NCBI GenBank assembly: GCA_035574455.1
Contig: DATLYT010000050.1
Location: 1-49,730, forward strand
Direction of reading: 5' to 3'
Length of the DNA: 49,730 nt
Origin: Bacteroidota bacterium
GTDB taxonomy: Bacteria > Bacteroidota > Ignavibacteria > UBA10030
This document shows positions 1-11,270 of the stretch, piece by piece; position 1 is the stretch's first letter, and every line of letters starts with the position of its first letter. The translations under genes were made by a program, and so were the position numbers. The notes beneath the pieces were generated by a model. The model was not told where the DNA came from. It made no database searches and saw nothing but the letters and a program-made list of their open reading frames with translations.

Positions 1-1
1 T

Positions 2-1162
2 GCGTTTGCGACAATCCCGACTGCAAAAGGTGGGCTTCTTGCGGTCATTCGAGAAGATGGCCTCCATCTTGTTGACCTCCTCAACGAAATCAAACCCTTC
101 ACGAAGGGTCGCGTTCCCAACCTGAGCGTTATCGATAGCCTTGACCTCGCCCTCATGGGGTTAGTTCGGGGAAATTACCAGATTCAGGATGAAGAAATCA
201 CCGTTATCGTGTACGTGGGCAGTGAGTTTAGCCGATTGATCTTCATGCAGGGGAAACATTATCTCCACTTCGCGCCTGTCATCAGTGAAGGGTATCAATC
301 CCCTAACCTCGAGAACACTATCTACAGTCGTATCCTCCTCGAGCAAGACAATATCGGTCTCACACGTATGGACCGCATTCTCTTGACGGGTGAGTGCCAC
401 AAATTGAACCTGCGGGAATCTCTGGCGCCGCAGTTCCCCAGCGCGCTGGTCGATTACCTCCAGGTACCGTCGCTCGATTTGAGTTTGTACGAGGGAACGG
501 TGGGCGAAGCAATTTCAGAATACGCCGTACCGATTGCGACGGCATGGAAGGCACTGAACCCGAAGCAAGAAGGGTTGTATGACGTCAATCTGCTTCCTGT
601 TGCCATTATCGAAGGACAAAAAGCCTTCAAGCTGGCATGGCACGGGTGGGTTTTTGCCGGTCTCGTTCTTGCTTCGATCGTTTTCTTTTACACATCGATT
701 GTTTCACGGAACGCAGAGATCCGTCGTGCGCGGGATCTCCTTGCTCGCAAACAAACAGAGCTCCAGGACTTTCGTATGTTGCAGGATCGTCGGACGCAGT
801 TGCAGAGTGATATTGCGCGGTACTCGAAAGCCCAACAGCTTTATGATGACATCGTCCCGGGCGCGGATCGATGGAGCCGCATCCTCCACTATCTCGGCAA
901 CAGCATCGAAGATTTAAATTCTCTCTGGATTTATCGCATCCAGCAAGCGGCTAATCCACCGGGCGCCCTTGTGTTGAACGGTCGTGCAGTGTATCGAGCA
1001 CGCATCCCACGCCTCGCCAGTATTTTTGAAAAGGCGACGCTACGGTCCGTGAAAACGGCAACGATTCGCGACAAAGTGGTCTACGAGTTTGAGATGCTGG
1101 TGGAACAAGTCGATAAGTACGATCGACCTCAAGCTGCTCCACAACCGGCGGGGAGGAGGTAA
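2..1162 (+). CDS. Type IV pilus assembly PilM-PilN fusion protein, 5' end cut by the window edge
   Basis: The frame of ORF 155..1162 stays open back to base 2, so the gene starts upstream of the window. The C-terminal half carries the PilN hallmark NLLP (nt 587-598), followed directly by one TM helix (WVFAGLVLASIVFFYTSIV) and a coiled coil. The visible N-terminal part looks like the end of the actin-like PilM fold. It is followed by pilO/P-like and secretin genes. Confidence 0.75.
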   Translation, partial: AFATIPTAKGGLLAVIREDGLHLVDLLNEIKPFTKGRVPNLSVIDSLDLALMGLVRGNYQIQDEEITVIVYVGSEFSRLIFMQGKHYLHFAPVISEGYQSPNLENTIYSRILLEQDNIGLTRMDRILLTGECHKLNLRESLAPQFPSALVDYLQVPSLDLSLYEGTVGEAISEYAVPIATAWKALNPKQEGLYDVNLLPVAIIEGQKAFKLAWHGWVFAGLVLASIVFFYTSIVSRNAEIRRARDLLARKQTELQDFRMLQDRRTQLQSDIARYSKAQQLYDDIVPGADRWSRILHYLGNSIEDLNSLWIYRIQQAANPPGALVLNGRAVYRARIPRLASIFEKATLRSVKTATIRDKVVYEFEMLVEQVDKYDRPQAAPQPAGRR

Positions 1163-1167
1163 GAAGT

Positions 1168-2058
1168 ATGTCCTTTAAACTTCGCAATACCATCGTTCTT
1201 GCTGTCCTCTTCGTGCTCATCGCTGGTGGTGGAGGATTCTATTGGGGATATTTACAGCCCAAAGAATTGGATCAACTCCTGGCTGAGATCGATAAGATAG
1301 AGAAAGAATTGGTCAACCTTCCCACCTTAGTTCAGGAAGTGGAGCGCCTCACTGTTCAGTACCAGGATGTACGACGGAAATATGACTCTCGCAGTAAGGT
1401 TATTCCACAAACCGACCTTTCCTCGCAAACCTATGAGTACATCAGTCAAGGGATTGACGAGGCAGGCTTCCTCAAGTTTAGCTTCGAGTTCGGGGAGAGT
1501 AAAACGATTGGAGACTACGGCTACAACGTTTACAAGTTGGCCGAGGGTGAGGCGGATTTTGAGACTCTCTACAAGTTCGTCTACTACCTAGAGAATGGTA
1601 ACCGACTGTATAAGATTAACTCACTCTCGATGGATGCACGGGAGGTTCTCGACCCGGAAACGCGCGAAACGCAACTCCGCATCTCGTTTGGCATGGAGCT
1701 TCATGCCTATTTCTCGAAGATTCCTGAGTTAGGTCAGTCGCTGGCCGCGGCATCGCTCCCGCTCATTCCGCCGCCGTCTGATCCTTTCAACCCTGTTATT
1801 CTGCAGACGATCGCGACGGAAGCGCCCCCTGGAGAAATCGACCCCGCCAAGGTTGATGTCAAGGCCATCATTCCCGGTAAGGCCTACGTCTTGACGCCGG
1901 ACGGTGTCGTTGTGCTTCACTTGGGTGACAAGGTTTGGCGCGGGTATGTCAGCAGGATTAGCCCGGCCGAAAGTAAAGTAGAGTTTACCGTGGATGAGGG
2001 GGGTATTGTGCGGAAAATCGAAAAGAAAATAGAGTTCGTTCCTATCAGAAAACGTTAG
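1168..2058 (+). CDS. PilO-like pilus assembly protein with a PilP-like C-terminal beta domain
   Basis: N-terminal TM helix (IVLAVLFVLIAGGGGF) followed by a coiled coil, as in PilO. The C-terminal segment AIIPGKAYVLTPDGVVVLHLGDKVWRGYVSRISPAESKVEFTV fits the PilP pattern. It lies between the pilN-like and secretin genes with 5-10 nt gaps. The call rests on position and weak motifs only. Confidence 0.55.
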   Translation: MSFKLRNTIVLAVLFVLIAGGGGFYWGYLQPKELDQLLAEIDKIEKELVNLPTLVQEVERLTVQYQDVRRKYDSRSKVIPQTDLSSQTYEYISQGIDEAGFLKFSFEFGESKTIGDYGYNVYKLAEGEADFETLYKFVYYLENGNRLYKINSLSMDAREVLDPETRETQLRISFGMELHAYFSKIPELGQSLAAASLPLIPPPSDPFNPVILQTIATEAPPGEIDPAKVDVKAIIPGKAYVLTPDGVVVLHLGDKVWRGYVSRISPAESKVEFTVDEGGIVRKIEKKIEFVPIRKR

Positions 2059-2068
2059 AGAGGACTGT

Positions 2069-3274
2069 ATGAAACGACGTCTTTTTTCATCTGTACTTTT
2101 TCTGGTTGTCGCCTGGTCCGTGGTGAACGCGCAACAGCGTGCGGTTCGGCAGGACGAGATCGTGTCGTTCAAATCGGACGTGACGTACAGCCAGGCCATC
2201 ACCGCGCTCAGCGAGATCAGTAAGCGAGTAGCGAATAAGCCGATTGTCGACCCGTCGCCTCTCGATAACACTCCCATTGGTGTCAACGTTGAATCGAAGC
2301 ACTGGCTCGAAGCTCTGCAGATGATTCTGACTCCGGTAGGACGGACATTCCGCGAAGAATCGGATTACTACCTTGTGATCATTCCTCGGACGACCGCTCC
2401 CACGGATGTCGCGAAAGTCGCTGGTGGACAACCCGGGGAGAAAGGAAAAGAACCTGTCGGCATCGACAGCCGAGAAGTGTTGATCACCACAATCTTTTTC
2501 TCACTTGACGTCGAAAAGTCGCAATCCTATGGCCTGGACTGGTCGCTCACGTGGCTCAAAGGACGGGATAGTTTAGCCGTCGACCTCGGAGCTGGCACGC
2601 GCGCCGCATTGGACATTCGCTACGCCCGGCCGTACCGGTATGGTGATATTCTCTCTGCTATCCAGCTCTTCTCACAATCTGGCGTGGGGGAGGTTATTTC
2701 GAGTCCGAGGATTATTGTCCGTTCATCCGAAACAGGACGGGTGCAGGTTGGACAAGATATTTCCGTGACCGAGCGCACCATCGGAGCCGGGGGGCAGGTC
2801 ACTACGTCAGTGCGGCAGATTCCGACCGGTACCATTGTTTCCGTGACGCCGCAAATCATGAAGGAAGGGAATGTCGATTTCGTTTATCTCGAGCTTGAAA
2901 TTGAGCGTAGTAGTGCGATTACGACGGGCGACCTTCCGACGATCGACCGAAACAGCACCAAAACATCACTCACGTTGGTCGATGGGGAAGAGGTTTTTAT
3001 CAGCGGACTCTACTTCAACCAGGAGGCGGTTGTTCGCACGGGCGTCCCATTCCTGAAAGACTTACCGTGGTGGGTGTTTGGTCTCCGTTATCTATTTGGC
3101 TCTGATGAACGGCGCACCTTGCGACGTGAACTAGCTATCCTTATGAAGGTGGAAATTGTGCCGACACTCCGCGAGCGCGCGGCACAGAAAGTCCGCGAAA
3201 GCGCATTAGAGTTGCAGCGTCAGAAGTTTAACCAAGACGTTGAACGGTTACGCTCGAAAAAAGAGAATGAATGA
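2069..3274 (+). CDS. pilQ: Secretin-family outer-membrane channel (short PilQ type)
   Basis: Signal peptide (LFLVVAWSVVNAQQ). C-terminal secretin domain ending in the conserved block GVPFLKDLPWWVFGLRYLFGS. It is syntenic with the pilMN/OP-like genes. Confidence 0.8.
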   Translation: MKRRLFSSVLFLVVAWSVVNAQQRAVRQDEIVSFKSDVTYSQAITALSEISKRVANKPIVDPSPLDNTPIGVNVESKHWLEALQMILTPVGRTFREESDYYLVIIPRTTAPTDVAKVAGGQPGEKGKEPVGIDSREVLITTIFFSLDVEKSQSYGLDWSLTWLKGRDSLAVDLGAGTRAALDIRYARPYRYGDILSAIQLFSQSGVGEVISSPRIIVRSSETGRVQVGQDISVTERTIGAGGQVTTSVRQIPTGTIVSVTPQIMKEGNVDFVYLELEIERSSAITTGDLPTIDRNSTKTSLTLVDGEEVFISGLYFNQEAVVRTGVPFLKDLPWWVFGLRYLFGSDERRTLRRELAILMKVEIVPTLRERAAQKVRESALELQRQKFNQDVERLRSKKENE

Positions 3275-3349
3275 TGGCCACGTTAGCAGAAACAAGAGGA
3301 TGAACCAGCAAGTAGTCTTCGTATCGTTTACGACTTTGGGGAGTACATC

Positions 3350-4786
3350 ATGAAACTTCGCGTTGTATTGTTCTGGGGCATCATTTTGGTGTTGATGGCG
3401 CAGTCGGGTTGTGATGTCGTTGAGACGCCGGAAGAGAAAGTGACGTTGCAGGGGGCGAATATCCGCGGCACGGTCGTTCGGAGAGACAATCAAGCTCCCA
3501 TTTCGGGTGCTCTCGTTTACGATGCGGTCGGGCTGCCGCGCGACACCTCAAAAGCCGACGGGTCTTTTATCCTCCGATATCCCGACATCACCCAGCGATA
3601 TTCCGGCAGATTGTATGCCCGGAAGGATGGATTTGAGAGCGATTCGATTAATTTTACGCTAAATCCAGGATTCGATACCACAGTCACGTTACGATTACGT
3701 GAGGTCCTCTTCCAGGTACCGCCCTCTGCTCGTGAGCCGGCCCAAATTGCGTTTGTTAATGCTTCGACATCTGACATCTTTGTGTCAGGAGTTGGTGCAC
3801 TGGAGAACGCTATTCTAACATATGAAGTGCGAGACTCTCTCGGTACTCCGATTGACTCGCGGAAGCGGGCTTTTGCAACGTATTCTCTCAATTTCTTTCC
3901 GCATACTAGCACACCGGGCGGTACAGCGCCACGGCTTATACCATCCGCGGATAGTACAGACAATGCCGGTCGGTTACGGGTCAACATTACAAGTGGAACG
4001 AAGTCCGGAGTGGCACAGATAGTTGTCCGAATTAACACTCCCGGTGGACCTATCTTTTCCCAGCCCGTTCGCATCGGTGTGAATTCAGGCTTCCCCGATC
4101 AACGGCATTTTTCTCTCTATGCTACGAACTACAATTTCCCGGGTCTTCGAAGGTTTAACCATCGTTTGGACATTACCGTGCAGGTTGCAGATAAGTACAG
4201 CAACCCCGTGCAATCCGGAACGGTTGTATACTTCAGTACCACGCATGGATCGGTTCAAACGCAAGGGTCGGTGACAGGTGCTGATGGGTTTGTCACCAAA
4301 CAATTGATTTCAGGCCGTCCAACCCCTGAAGGTGCCGATGTTCTACCAGGCCTTGGTCCTGGCTACGCGTATGTGAAAGCTCAAACCCTTGGTGAGAACG
4401 GCACCTTTGTTGCAGATTCTATCCTCGTTCTGTGGACAGGAGAGCCAATTATTACGAAGTTGGACACTCTGACTTCTTTCACAGTGCCAAACGGTGGTGG
4501 AGCAGGGCCGTTCCGATTTCGAGTGGCCGATATCTATGGGCACCCTATGTCTGCCGGTACACGCATAAGTGTGACTGCTGACGCTGCTGTGGTTTCTGGT
4601 GACGCTTTGATTGTCATGAGAGATACTTTTGCAAGTGGATCCGGAACTACAGAGTTTACTGTTGTCGTTCGAGATCCTAACCCATCGGATACAGATCCTC
4701 CAACACCATCCATTCTTAAAGTAGAAGTTGCTCATCCCGTCTATGGAACGTATACGCTTGTTCTTGCAACCGGGACGGTAAACTAA
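3350..4786 (+). CDS. Lipoprotein with a carboxypeptidase-regulatory-like domain and bacterial Ig-like (Big_1-type) domains
   Basis: Lipobox LMAQSG-C. The segment IRGTVV...ADGSFIL resembles a CarboxypepD_reg fold. [28 protein letters not shown]...[14 protein letters not shown] resembles invasin/intimin Ig repeats. It is the last gene before an intrinsic terminator. Confidence 0.6.
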   Translation: MKLRVVLFWGIILVLMAQSGCDVVETPEEKVTLQGANIRGTVVRRDNQAPISGALVYDAVGLPRDTSKADGSFILRYPDITQRYSGRLYARKDGFESDSINFTLNPGFDTTVTLRLREVLFQVPPSAREPAQIAFVNASTSDIFVSGVGALENAILTYEVRDSLGTPIDSRKRAFATYSLNFFPHTSTPGGTAPRLIPSADSTDNAGRLRVNITSGTKSGVAQIVVRINTPGGPIFSQPVRIGVNSGFPDQRHFSLYATNYNFPGLRRFNHRLDITVQVADKYSNPVQSGTVVYFSTTHGSVQTQGSVTGADGFVTKQLISGRPTPEGADVLPGLGPGYAYVKAQTLGENGTFVADSILVLWTGEPIITKLDTLTSFTVPNGGGAGPFRFRVADIYGHPMSAGTRISVTADAAVVSGDALIVMRDTFASGSGTTEFTVVVRDPNPSDTDPPTPSILKVEVAHPVYGTYTLVLATGTVN

Positions 4787-6141
4787 GATAGCTCTGATGA
4801 GTTGAACGTAAGCCCCGCTCTTTTTACAGCGGGGCTTTTTTCTTTGGTGCGAGTTTGCAACGCGAGGTAATTTGCACGGATGGTTTTTTCGATGTCTTGA
4901 TCCGAGTGTGCCAGAGAGAGGAATGCCGCCTCAAACTGCGATGGCGGGAGGTAGATGCCGTGGTTGAGCATCTCGCGGAAGTAGGCCGCAAAACGTTCGG
5001 TATTGGAGCATTTGGCGGATTGAAAATCGAAGACAGGTTCAGAGGTAAAGAACAATGTGAACATCGACCCGACACGATTGAACGTCAGCTCGAGCCCGAG
5101 TTTGTTAAGATTCGATCGAATCCCCTTCTCCAATTCCTGTCCCCGCTGCTCAAGTTTCTTGTACACCGTCCGGTTCTTGCTCAAGAGTTGTAACATCGTA
5201 TAACCCGCTGCCATGGCCAAGGGATTGCCGGAAAGGGTACCCGCCTGGTAGACGGGGCCAGCCGGCGCCACCAGTTGCATAATCTCTCTCCTTCCACCGT
5301 AGGCCCCGACAGGAAGTCCTCCACCGATGATTTTCCCGAGCGTCGTCAAGTCGGGCGTGATGCCGTACAATTCTTGAGCACCGCCGAGAGCAACGCGAAA
5401 ACCCGTCATCACCTCATCAAAAATCAGCACGATCTTTTCTTTCGTGCAGAGTTCTCGTAAACCCTGGAGAAAACCCGGTCGCGGTGGGACACAGCCCATA
5501 TTACCGACCACTGGTTCGACAATCACCGCCGCAATATCGCCCGACCATTGTTGAACAAGAGCACGGACGGAATCCAGATCGTTATAGGTTGCAGTCAGCG
5601 TTCCGGTGGCAACGGCCTTTGGAACTCCCGGACTATCCGGCACGCCAAGAGTCATCGCCCCAGAACCGGCTTTAATCAGGAACGAATCTCCGTGGCCATG
5701 ATAACAGCCTTCGAATTTGATGATCTTCTCCCGCCCGGTATACGCGCGGGCAAGGCGGATTGCACTCATCGTTGCTTCGGTTCCGGAGTTCACCATGCGC
5801 ACGACTTCGATCGAAGGGACAAGCTTCGAAATCAGTTCCGCCATCCGAACTTCCAACTCCGTTGGGGCGCCGAAGCTCGTTCCACTCTTCATCGCTTTCT
5901 GAATGGCGCGAAGAATCACCGGATGCGCATGGCCGAGAATCATCGGTCCCCACGAGCCGACGTAATCAATAAACCGATTACCGTCCTCGTCCCAAATGTA
6001 CGCACCTTTGGCTTTCTTGATAAACAATGGTGTACGCTGAACCGAGGTAAACGCCCGCACGGGCGAATTGACACCACCGGGGAGTAGCGCTTGAGCTTTT
6101 TTGAAAAGTCTGTCGGATATGGGAGTATGGAGTTTTTTCAT
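4783..6141 (-). CDS. hemL: Glutamate-1-semialdehyde 2,1-aminomutase
   Basis: [12 protein letters not shown] near the N-terminus, and class III aminotransferase features throughout ([16 protein letters not shown]). The ATG at 6141 is preferred over the TTG at 6156. The C-terminus is about 20 aa longer than typical HemL. Confidence 0.95.
   Translation of the reverse strand: MKKLHTPISDRLFKKAQALLPGGVNSPVRAFTSVQRTPLFIKKAKGAYIWDEDGNRFIDYVGSWGPMILGHAHPVILRAIQKAMKSGTSFGAPTELEVRMAELISKLVPSIEVVRMVNSGTEATMSAIRLARAYTGREKIIKFEGCYHGHGDSFLIKAGSGAMTLGVPDSPGVPKAVATGTLTATYNDLDSVRALVQQWSGDIAAVIVEPVVGNMGCVPPRPGFLQGLRELCTKEKIVLIFDEVMTGFRVALGGAQELYGITPDLTTLGKIIGGGLPVGAYGGRREIMQLVAPAGPVYQAGTLSGNPLAMAAGYTMLQLLSKNRTVYKKLEQRGQELEKGIRSNLNKLGLELTFNRVGSMFTLFFTSEPVFDFQSAKCSNTERFAAYFREMLNHGIYLPPSQFEAAFLSLAHSDQDIEKTIRANYLALQTRTKEKSPAVKRAGLTFNSSELS
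4811..4847 (+). terminator. Rho-independent terminator of the pilus/lipoprotein operon
   Basis: Stem agccccgct (4811-4819) pairs with agcggggct (4828-4836), with an 8-nt loop, followed by tttttctttgg. It lies 25 nt after the TAA at 4784-4786. Confidence 0.8.
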
Positions 6142-6207
6142 CGGAATGGATATCAATGGTTAAACAAGATAGGAGGAAGTTGAAGTGTGAACAAGAGGTA
6201 AAACAGT

Positions 6208-7191
6208 CTACAGAAATCCATGTTCGCGATACCATCGGTACGTTTTCTCTACGGCCAAGCGCAACGGCGTCGCCGTGTATCCCAACTCGCGTTCTGCTTT
6301 GCTGGAGCTGAACCAGAGATTCTTCCCGACCGTAGCGACAAGCTCACGAGTGACCCAGGGGCGAACTCCGGTGAGGTCACCGATTGTCTCAAACAGTGTT
6401 CCCAGAAAACGCACAGCGCCCTCCGGCAGCGTGAAGAGCGGTCTGATTCCGCCCACAACTTCCGCTGTGATACCGAAGACCTCTCGCGTCGTGAGGTTCT
6501 CGCCGCCTAAAATGTACCGCTCTCCAATGCGTCCGTACCGTGCAGCTTGCAAGTGTCCACGCACCACATCGTCCACGTCGACAACGTTCATTCCTCCCTT
6601 CGTCGCATAGAAGATACGCTTCCTGGCGATATCGCGGACCATCTGCCCGCCGTGCACATGAATATCCCGAGGTCCGATAATGATGGAAGGGTTGACGATG
6701 ACCGCGGGAAGGCCTTGTTTAACGCCCTTCAACACTTCCTGTTCGGCGAGATGTTTAGAAATCCTGTAACCGGGGGTTCGGGCATCCCAGCGAAATTCCG
6801 TCTCTTCATCTGCCGGCTTACCATCGTCTCGCGTTCCGATCGCAGCAACGGAGCTCGTATGCACAAATTTCGTCACGCCCATTTCTAAGCTGGCTTCAAC
6901 GATATTTCGAGTCCCGCCCACGTTCACTTCCATCATTCGCTCGCGTTCTTTTCGCCAATAGGAAATCACTGCTGCCGTGTGGAACACCGTATCGCACCCT
7001 TGCAGGGCGCGTCGGAGTGTTGCCGGGTCAAAGACGTCACCAAGGCAGTGCTCGACGGGCGCATTGCCGATAGCGCGAAGGTCAGAGGTCGGCCGGCGAA
7101 GAATTCGCACGTTGTATCCTTCGTTCAAAAGCGCGATGGCGAGATTAGAGCCGAGAAAACCGGTGCCGCCGGTGACAAGGACGGTGTTCAT
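6208..7191 (-). CDS. NAD(P)-dependent epimerase/dehydratase family protein (extended SDR, dihydroflavonol-reductase/HpnA-like)
   Basis: N-terminal Rossmann motif VLVTGGTGFLGSNL. YxxxK-type site (YRISKHLAE). Length about 327 aa. Confidence 0.85.
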   Translation of the reverse strand: MNTVLVTGGTGFLGSNLAIALLNEGYNVRILRRPTSDLRAIGNAPVEHCLGDVFDPATLRRALQGCDTVFHTAAVISYWRKERERMMEVNVGGTRNIVEASLEMGVTKFVHTSSVAAIGTRDDGKPADEETEFRWDARTPGYRISKHLAEQEVLKGVKQGLPAVIVNPSIIIGPRDIHVHGGQMVRDIARKRIFYATKGGMNVVDVDDVVRGHLQAARYGRIGERYILGGENLTTREVFGITAEVVGGIRPLFTLPEGAVRFLGTLFETIGDLTGVRPWVTRELVATVGKNLWFSSSKAERELGYTATPLRLAVEKTYRWYREHGFL

Positions 7192-7231
7192 ACAGGAGAA
7201 AAATGACTCGACGGGTAAGTCCGGATGACCG

Positions 7232-8275
<1,044 letters not shown>

Positions 8276-8281
8276 TCACCC

Positions 8282-8310
8282 AAATTATCGAATGAATGCA
8301 TAAAGGTCAA
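8282..8310 (-). promoter_or_regulatory. Sigma70-like promoter candidate for hemB-SDR-hemL
   Basis: On the minus strand, TTGACC (8305-8310), a 17-nt spacer, then TAATTT (8282-8287), about 30 nt upstream of the hemB ATG. Confidence 0.45.
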
Positions 8311-8449
8311 TTGCTTGTGGCGGTAATTTCTTGAAGTTAGCGGTGCCCTGTTGACGCAGTCCGGACTGTGGTTTGCGGCATTTCTACAGCTGTGTCTCCA
8401 ATAACCGCTAACGCCATTTTTCTTCGGAAGAACCCAACATATTGTGTCT

Positions 8450-9151
8450 CTACAACGATGCCAAAATCTGTTTTGCTCTCCGGAATACCGCGTCGAACAT
8501 TGGCTCCGTTAAGCGGCCGGTAAATGTGTTCTGCTGGCTGGGGTGAAAAGAGCCGAGCAGGGTAACGCGATCATTCAGGGCGTATTCCACACCATGCCCG
8601 AACTTCGGTTTGCACTCGAGCGTTGACCAGCCCAGCTCCTGGAACGAGCCTACTGCAGCCTCAAACCCGACTTTCCCCAGCCCAATGATCACTCGAACAT
8701 TCTTTAACAGCTGAAGCTCGCGGAGCAGGTAAGGCCGGCAGTTGCGAATTTCTGATGGCAGCAGTTTGTTGAGCGGTGGTGCGCAGCGGCAGGTGGCGGT
8801 GATGTAACAGTTGCTGAGTTTTAAACCATCATCACGAGAAACGGAGGTGGGCTGATTAGCAAAGCCGGCTTTGTAGAGAGCCCGGTAAAGCCAGTCGCCA
8901 CTACGATCGCCGGTGAACATGCGTCCCGTCCTATTGCCTCCGTGTGCGGCGGGAGCGAGGCCGACAAGCAACAATTGGGCGTTGGGATCGCCGAAGCTCG
9001 GATTCGGCTTCCCCCAGTAGTTCCAATCGGTAAACCGCCGCGTCTTTTCGCGAGCGATCTGTTCGCGCCATCGAACCAAACGTGGACAGAGTCGGCAGCG
9101 GATGATCTTCTCTTGAAGCTGAGCCAATGATTTACGGTCTACGCGTGCCAT
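8450..9151 (-). CDS. Uracil-DNA glycosylase, family 4/5 (GLAPA motif, Fe-S type; UdgB-like)
   Basis: Fe-S cysteines (RCRLCPRL). Motif [26 protein letters not shown]; GLAPA rather than GEAPG points to family 5. C-terminal HPSQQN motif. The start lies 20 nt inside the upstream permease gene. Confidence 0.85.
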   Translation of the reverse strand: MARVDRKSLAQLQEKIIRCRLCPRLVRWREQIAREKTRRFTDWNYWGKPNPSFGDPNAQLLLVGLAPAAHGGNRTGRMFTGDRSGDWLYRALYKAGFANQPTSVSRDDGLKLSNCYITATCRCAPPLNKLLPSEIRNCRPYLLRELQLLKNVRVIIGLGKVGFEAAVGSFQELGWSTLECKPKFGHGVEYALNDRVTLLGSFHPSQQNTFTGRLTEPMFDAVFRRAKQILASL

Positions 9152-10421
9152 TCTGCTTCACGAAGAGGTAAAGGATGGTGCCGACCGCAACGCCGCCGAG
9201 GGTGAAGTAGACTTCCTTTGCCGTCGGATAGCTGAGCAGATAAAGGGCGAAGAGAATACCCAATACGGGAATGACCGGCCCGAGCGGCATGGTGAAAGGT
9301 GCCGGACCCTTTTTGCGGAAAACCAGGACGGCCGCGCATGTGGTAATGTAGTAGATCAACCGGGAAACGACGCTCACGGCGGCGAGCGTGATGAAGTCAG
9401 AGAACACAGCGAGAAGAAACACCACGACGGAATAGAACAGGATGGAAGCGTGAGGCGTTCGGAACCGGGTGTGGATACGGGCAAAAAACTGGGGAAGCTG
9501 GGATTTCTCGGCAAGGGCGTACGTCAGGCGCGGCACGGCAAGAATGGAGCCGCTAAAATAGCCAAACGTTGAGACGAGAGCACCGAACGCGATGAGATCG
9601 CCGCCGCGTGTGCCGAGGATGGCAGTTGCCACGGCTGCGGTGGGGCGTTGCTCGGATGCCAGAGTCGGCAACACGGCGACAGAAATCAATTGAATAAGGC
9701 AATACACCGTAGTCACAATGGCCAGAGCGGCAAGCAAAGCACGGGGAACATGGCGCTTCGGGTCGACAGACTCTCCTGAGGGAAGTGTTACCACTTCAAA
9801 CCCACCGTAGGTGAAGGTGAGTAAGAACATTGCACGCATCAGGTCTTCGGTGGGTGGAAGTTGTTGCACGACGAGATGCTCGGATTCGATGTATCCAATG
9901 CCAACGATGATTAAGATCAAAAGAGGGAGAAGCTTGGCGATCGTAATGGTATCGACCGTCCAGGCTCCGTACTTAACGCCGCGGACATTGATAATGGTGA
10001 ACATCGCAAGGAGGGTAAAGACAACCGCAGCACGCAAGATCCCCGAAGCCATCTCGGGAAAAAAGTGTCCGAGGTAGATGATGAAGAGGTTGTAGTTTGC
10101 ACCGGTGGCGGAGAGTCGAGTTAAGTATGCTAACCAGCCGATTTCAAACCCCACAAACTTCCCGAACGCCTCATACGCATATAGGTATGGCCCGCCGGCA
10201 GAATCAAACCGGCTTGAGACTTCGGCAAACGAGAGAACGAACGTAAGCGTTACCAACGCGCAGAGCACGTACGCATACGGGCTGAACGCTCCCGTTAACC
10301 CGGCTATCGTGGAAGGTAAGAAGAAGATCGCACTGCCAATGATCCCATTGACCGTCAGAGCGATGAGATCCCATTGCCCCAAGACGCGGGCGAGTGAGGA
10401 TGAAGGTGATGGTTGGCTCAA
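9132..10421 (-). CDS. Amino acid permease (APC superfamily)
   Basis: About 12 predicted TM helices. The N-terminal segment [19 protein letters not shown] is typical of APC transporters. The start is a TTG, so the exact start is uncertain. Confidence 0.85.
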   Translation of the reverse strand: MSQPSPSSSLARVLGQWDLIALTVNGIIGSAIFFLPSTIAGLTGAFSPYAYVLCALVTLTFVLSFAEVSSRFDSAGGPYLYAYEAFGKFVGFEIGWLAYLTRLSATGANYNLFIIYLGHFFPEMASGILRAAVVFTLLAMFTIINVRGVKYGAWTVDTITIAKLLPLLILIIVGIGYIESEHLVVQQLPPTEDLMRAMFLLTFTYGGFEVVTLPSGESVDPKRHVPRALLAALAIVTTVYCLIQLISVAVLPTLASEQRPTAAVATAILGTRGGDLIAFGALVSTFGYFSGSILAVPRLTYALAEKSQLPQFFARIHTRFRTPHASILFYSVVVFLLAVFSDFITLAAVSVVSRLIYYITTCAAVLVFRKKGPAPFTMPLGPVIPVLGILFALYLLSYPTAKEVYFTLGGVAVGTILYLFVKQNGTRRP

Positions 10422-10436
10422 GGTGGTTTCTGACTC

Positions 10437-11246
10437 TTATGGTTGAATTGCTGAAAATCGTTTGAGGAATTTGAGAAGTGCAGAGTTGAAGGCTTCCGGG
10501 TTCTCGATGTTGCTCATATGGGCAGCGTTGGGGATGACGACCAGTTCGGAGCCGGCGATCTTCTCATGCATGGCTTGGGATGCCGCAACGGGCGTCAAGG
10601 TATCGTGTTCGCCGACGAGAATCAGCGTGGGAACGTTGATAGCCGACAATGACGCCGTTGTGTCCGTCCGCGCCGCGAGGGCGAGTAGTGTGCCGCAGAT
10701 GCCGAGCGGTGAATTTGCCTCGATCATCTTCCTCACCGTCTCGATCGCAGCAGGGTTCGACTGAAAGGTTTGCGGAGCAAAGACGGCTTTCAAAAATCCT
10801 TCCGCAAATGCCTTCACACCGTTTGTTTTCACCGCTTGAATCGAGGCAGAGCGCTTGATCTTTCCCTCGTTTGAATCAGCTTCGCTTCGGGTATCGCAGA
10901 GGATCAATCCCTTGAATCGTTCCGGGTGCCGTTCCATCGCCCGGAGCGCAATGTAGCCGCCCATCGAAAGTCCGCAGACAATAACCTGTTTCAAGACAAG
11001 GTGGTCGAGGAGTCCAATGAGGTCATCGACGAAGAATTCGATACTGTAGATGCCATCGGCCACGTCGCTATCACCGTGACCGCGCACATCGAAGGCGATA
11101 ACCCGATATTCATTCGGCAGCGCGAGCATCTGCGGCTCCCACATCGAATGATTGAACGGAAAGCCGTGGATGAACACGACCGGGAGTCCTTGCGGAAGAC
11201 CTCGCTCCACGTAGTTGATCTGGACGTCGTTGAGTTTGATTCTCAT
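10437..11246 (-). CDS. Alpha/beta hydrolase (3-oxoadipate enol-lactonase-like)
   Basis: HGFPFN oxyanion region, nucleophile elbow GLSMGG, C-terminal catalytic His (NAAHMSNIE). AAGGAG RBS before the ATG. Confidence 0.85.
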   Translation of the reverse strand: MRIKLNDVQINYVERGLPQGLPVVFIHGFPFNHSMWEPQMLALPNEYRVIAFDVRGHGDSDVADGIYSIEFFVDDLIGLLDHLVLKQVIVCGLSMGGYIALRAMERHPERFKGLILCDTRSEADSNEGKIKRSASIQAVKTNGVKAFAEGFLKAVFAPQTFQSNPAAIETVRKMIEANSPLGICGTLLALAARTDTTASLSAINVPTLILVGEHDTLTPVAASQAMHEKIAGSELVVIPNAAHMSNIENPEAFNSALLKFLKRFSAIQP

Positions 11247-11270
11247 GATGAACTCCTTCGGGTTTGGGTT

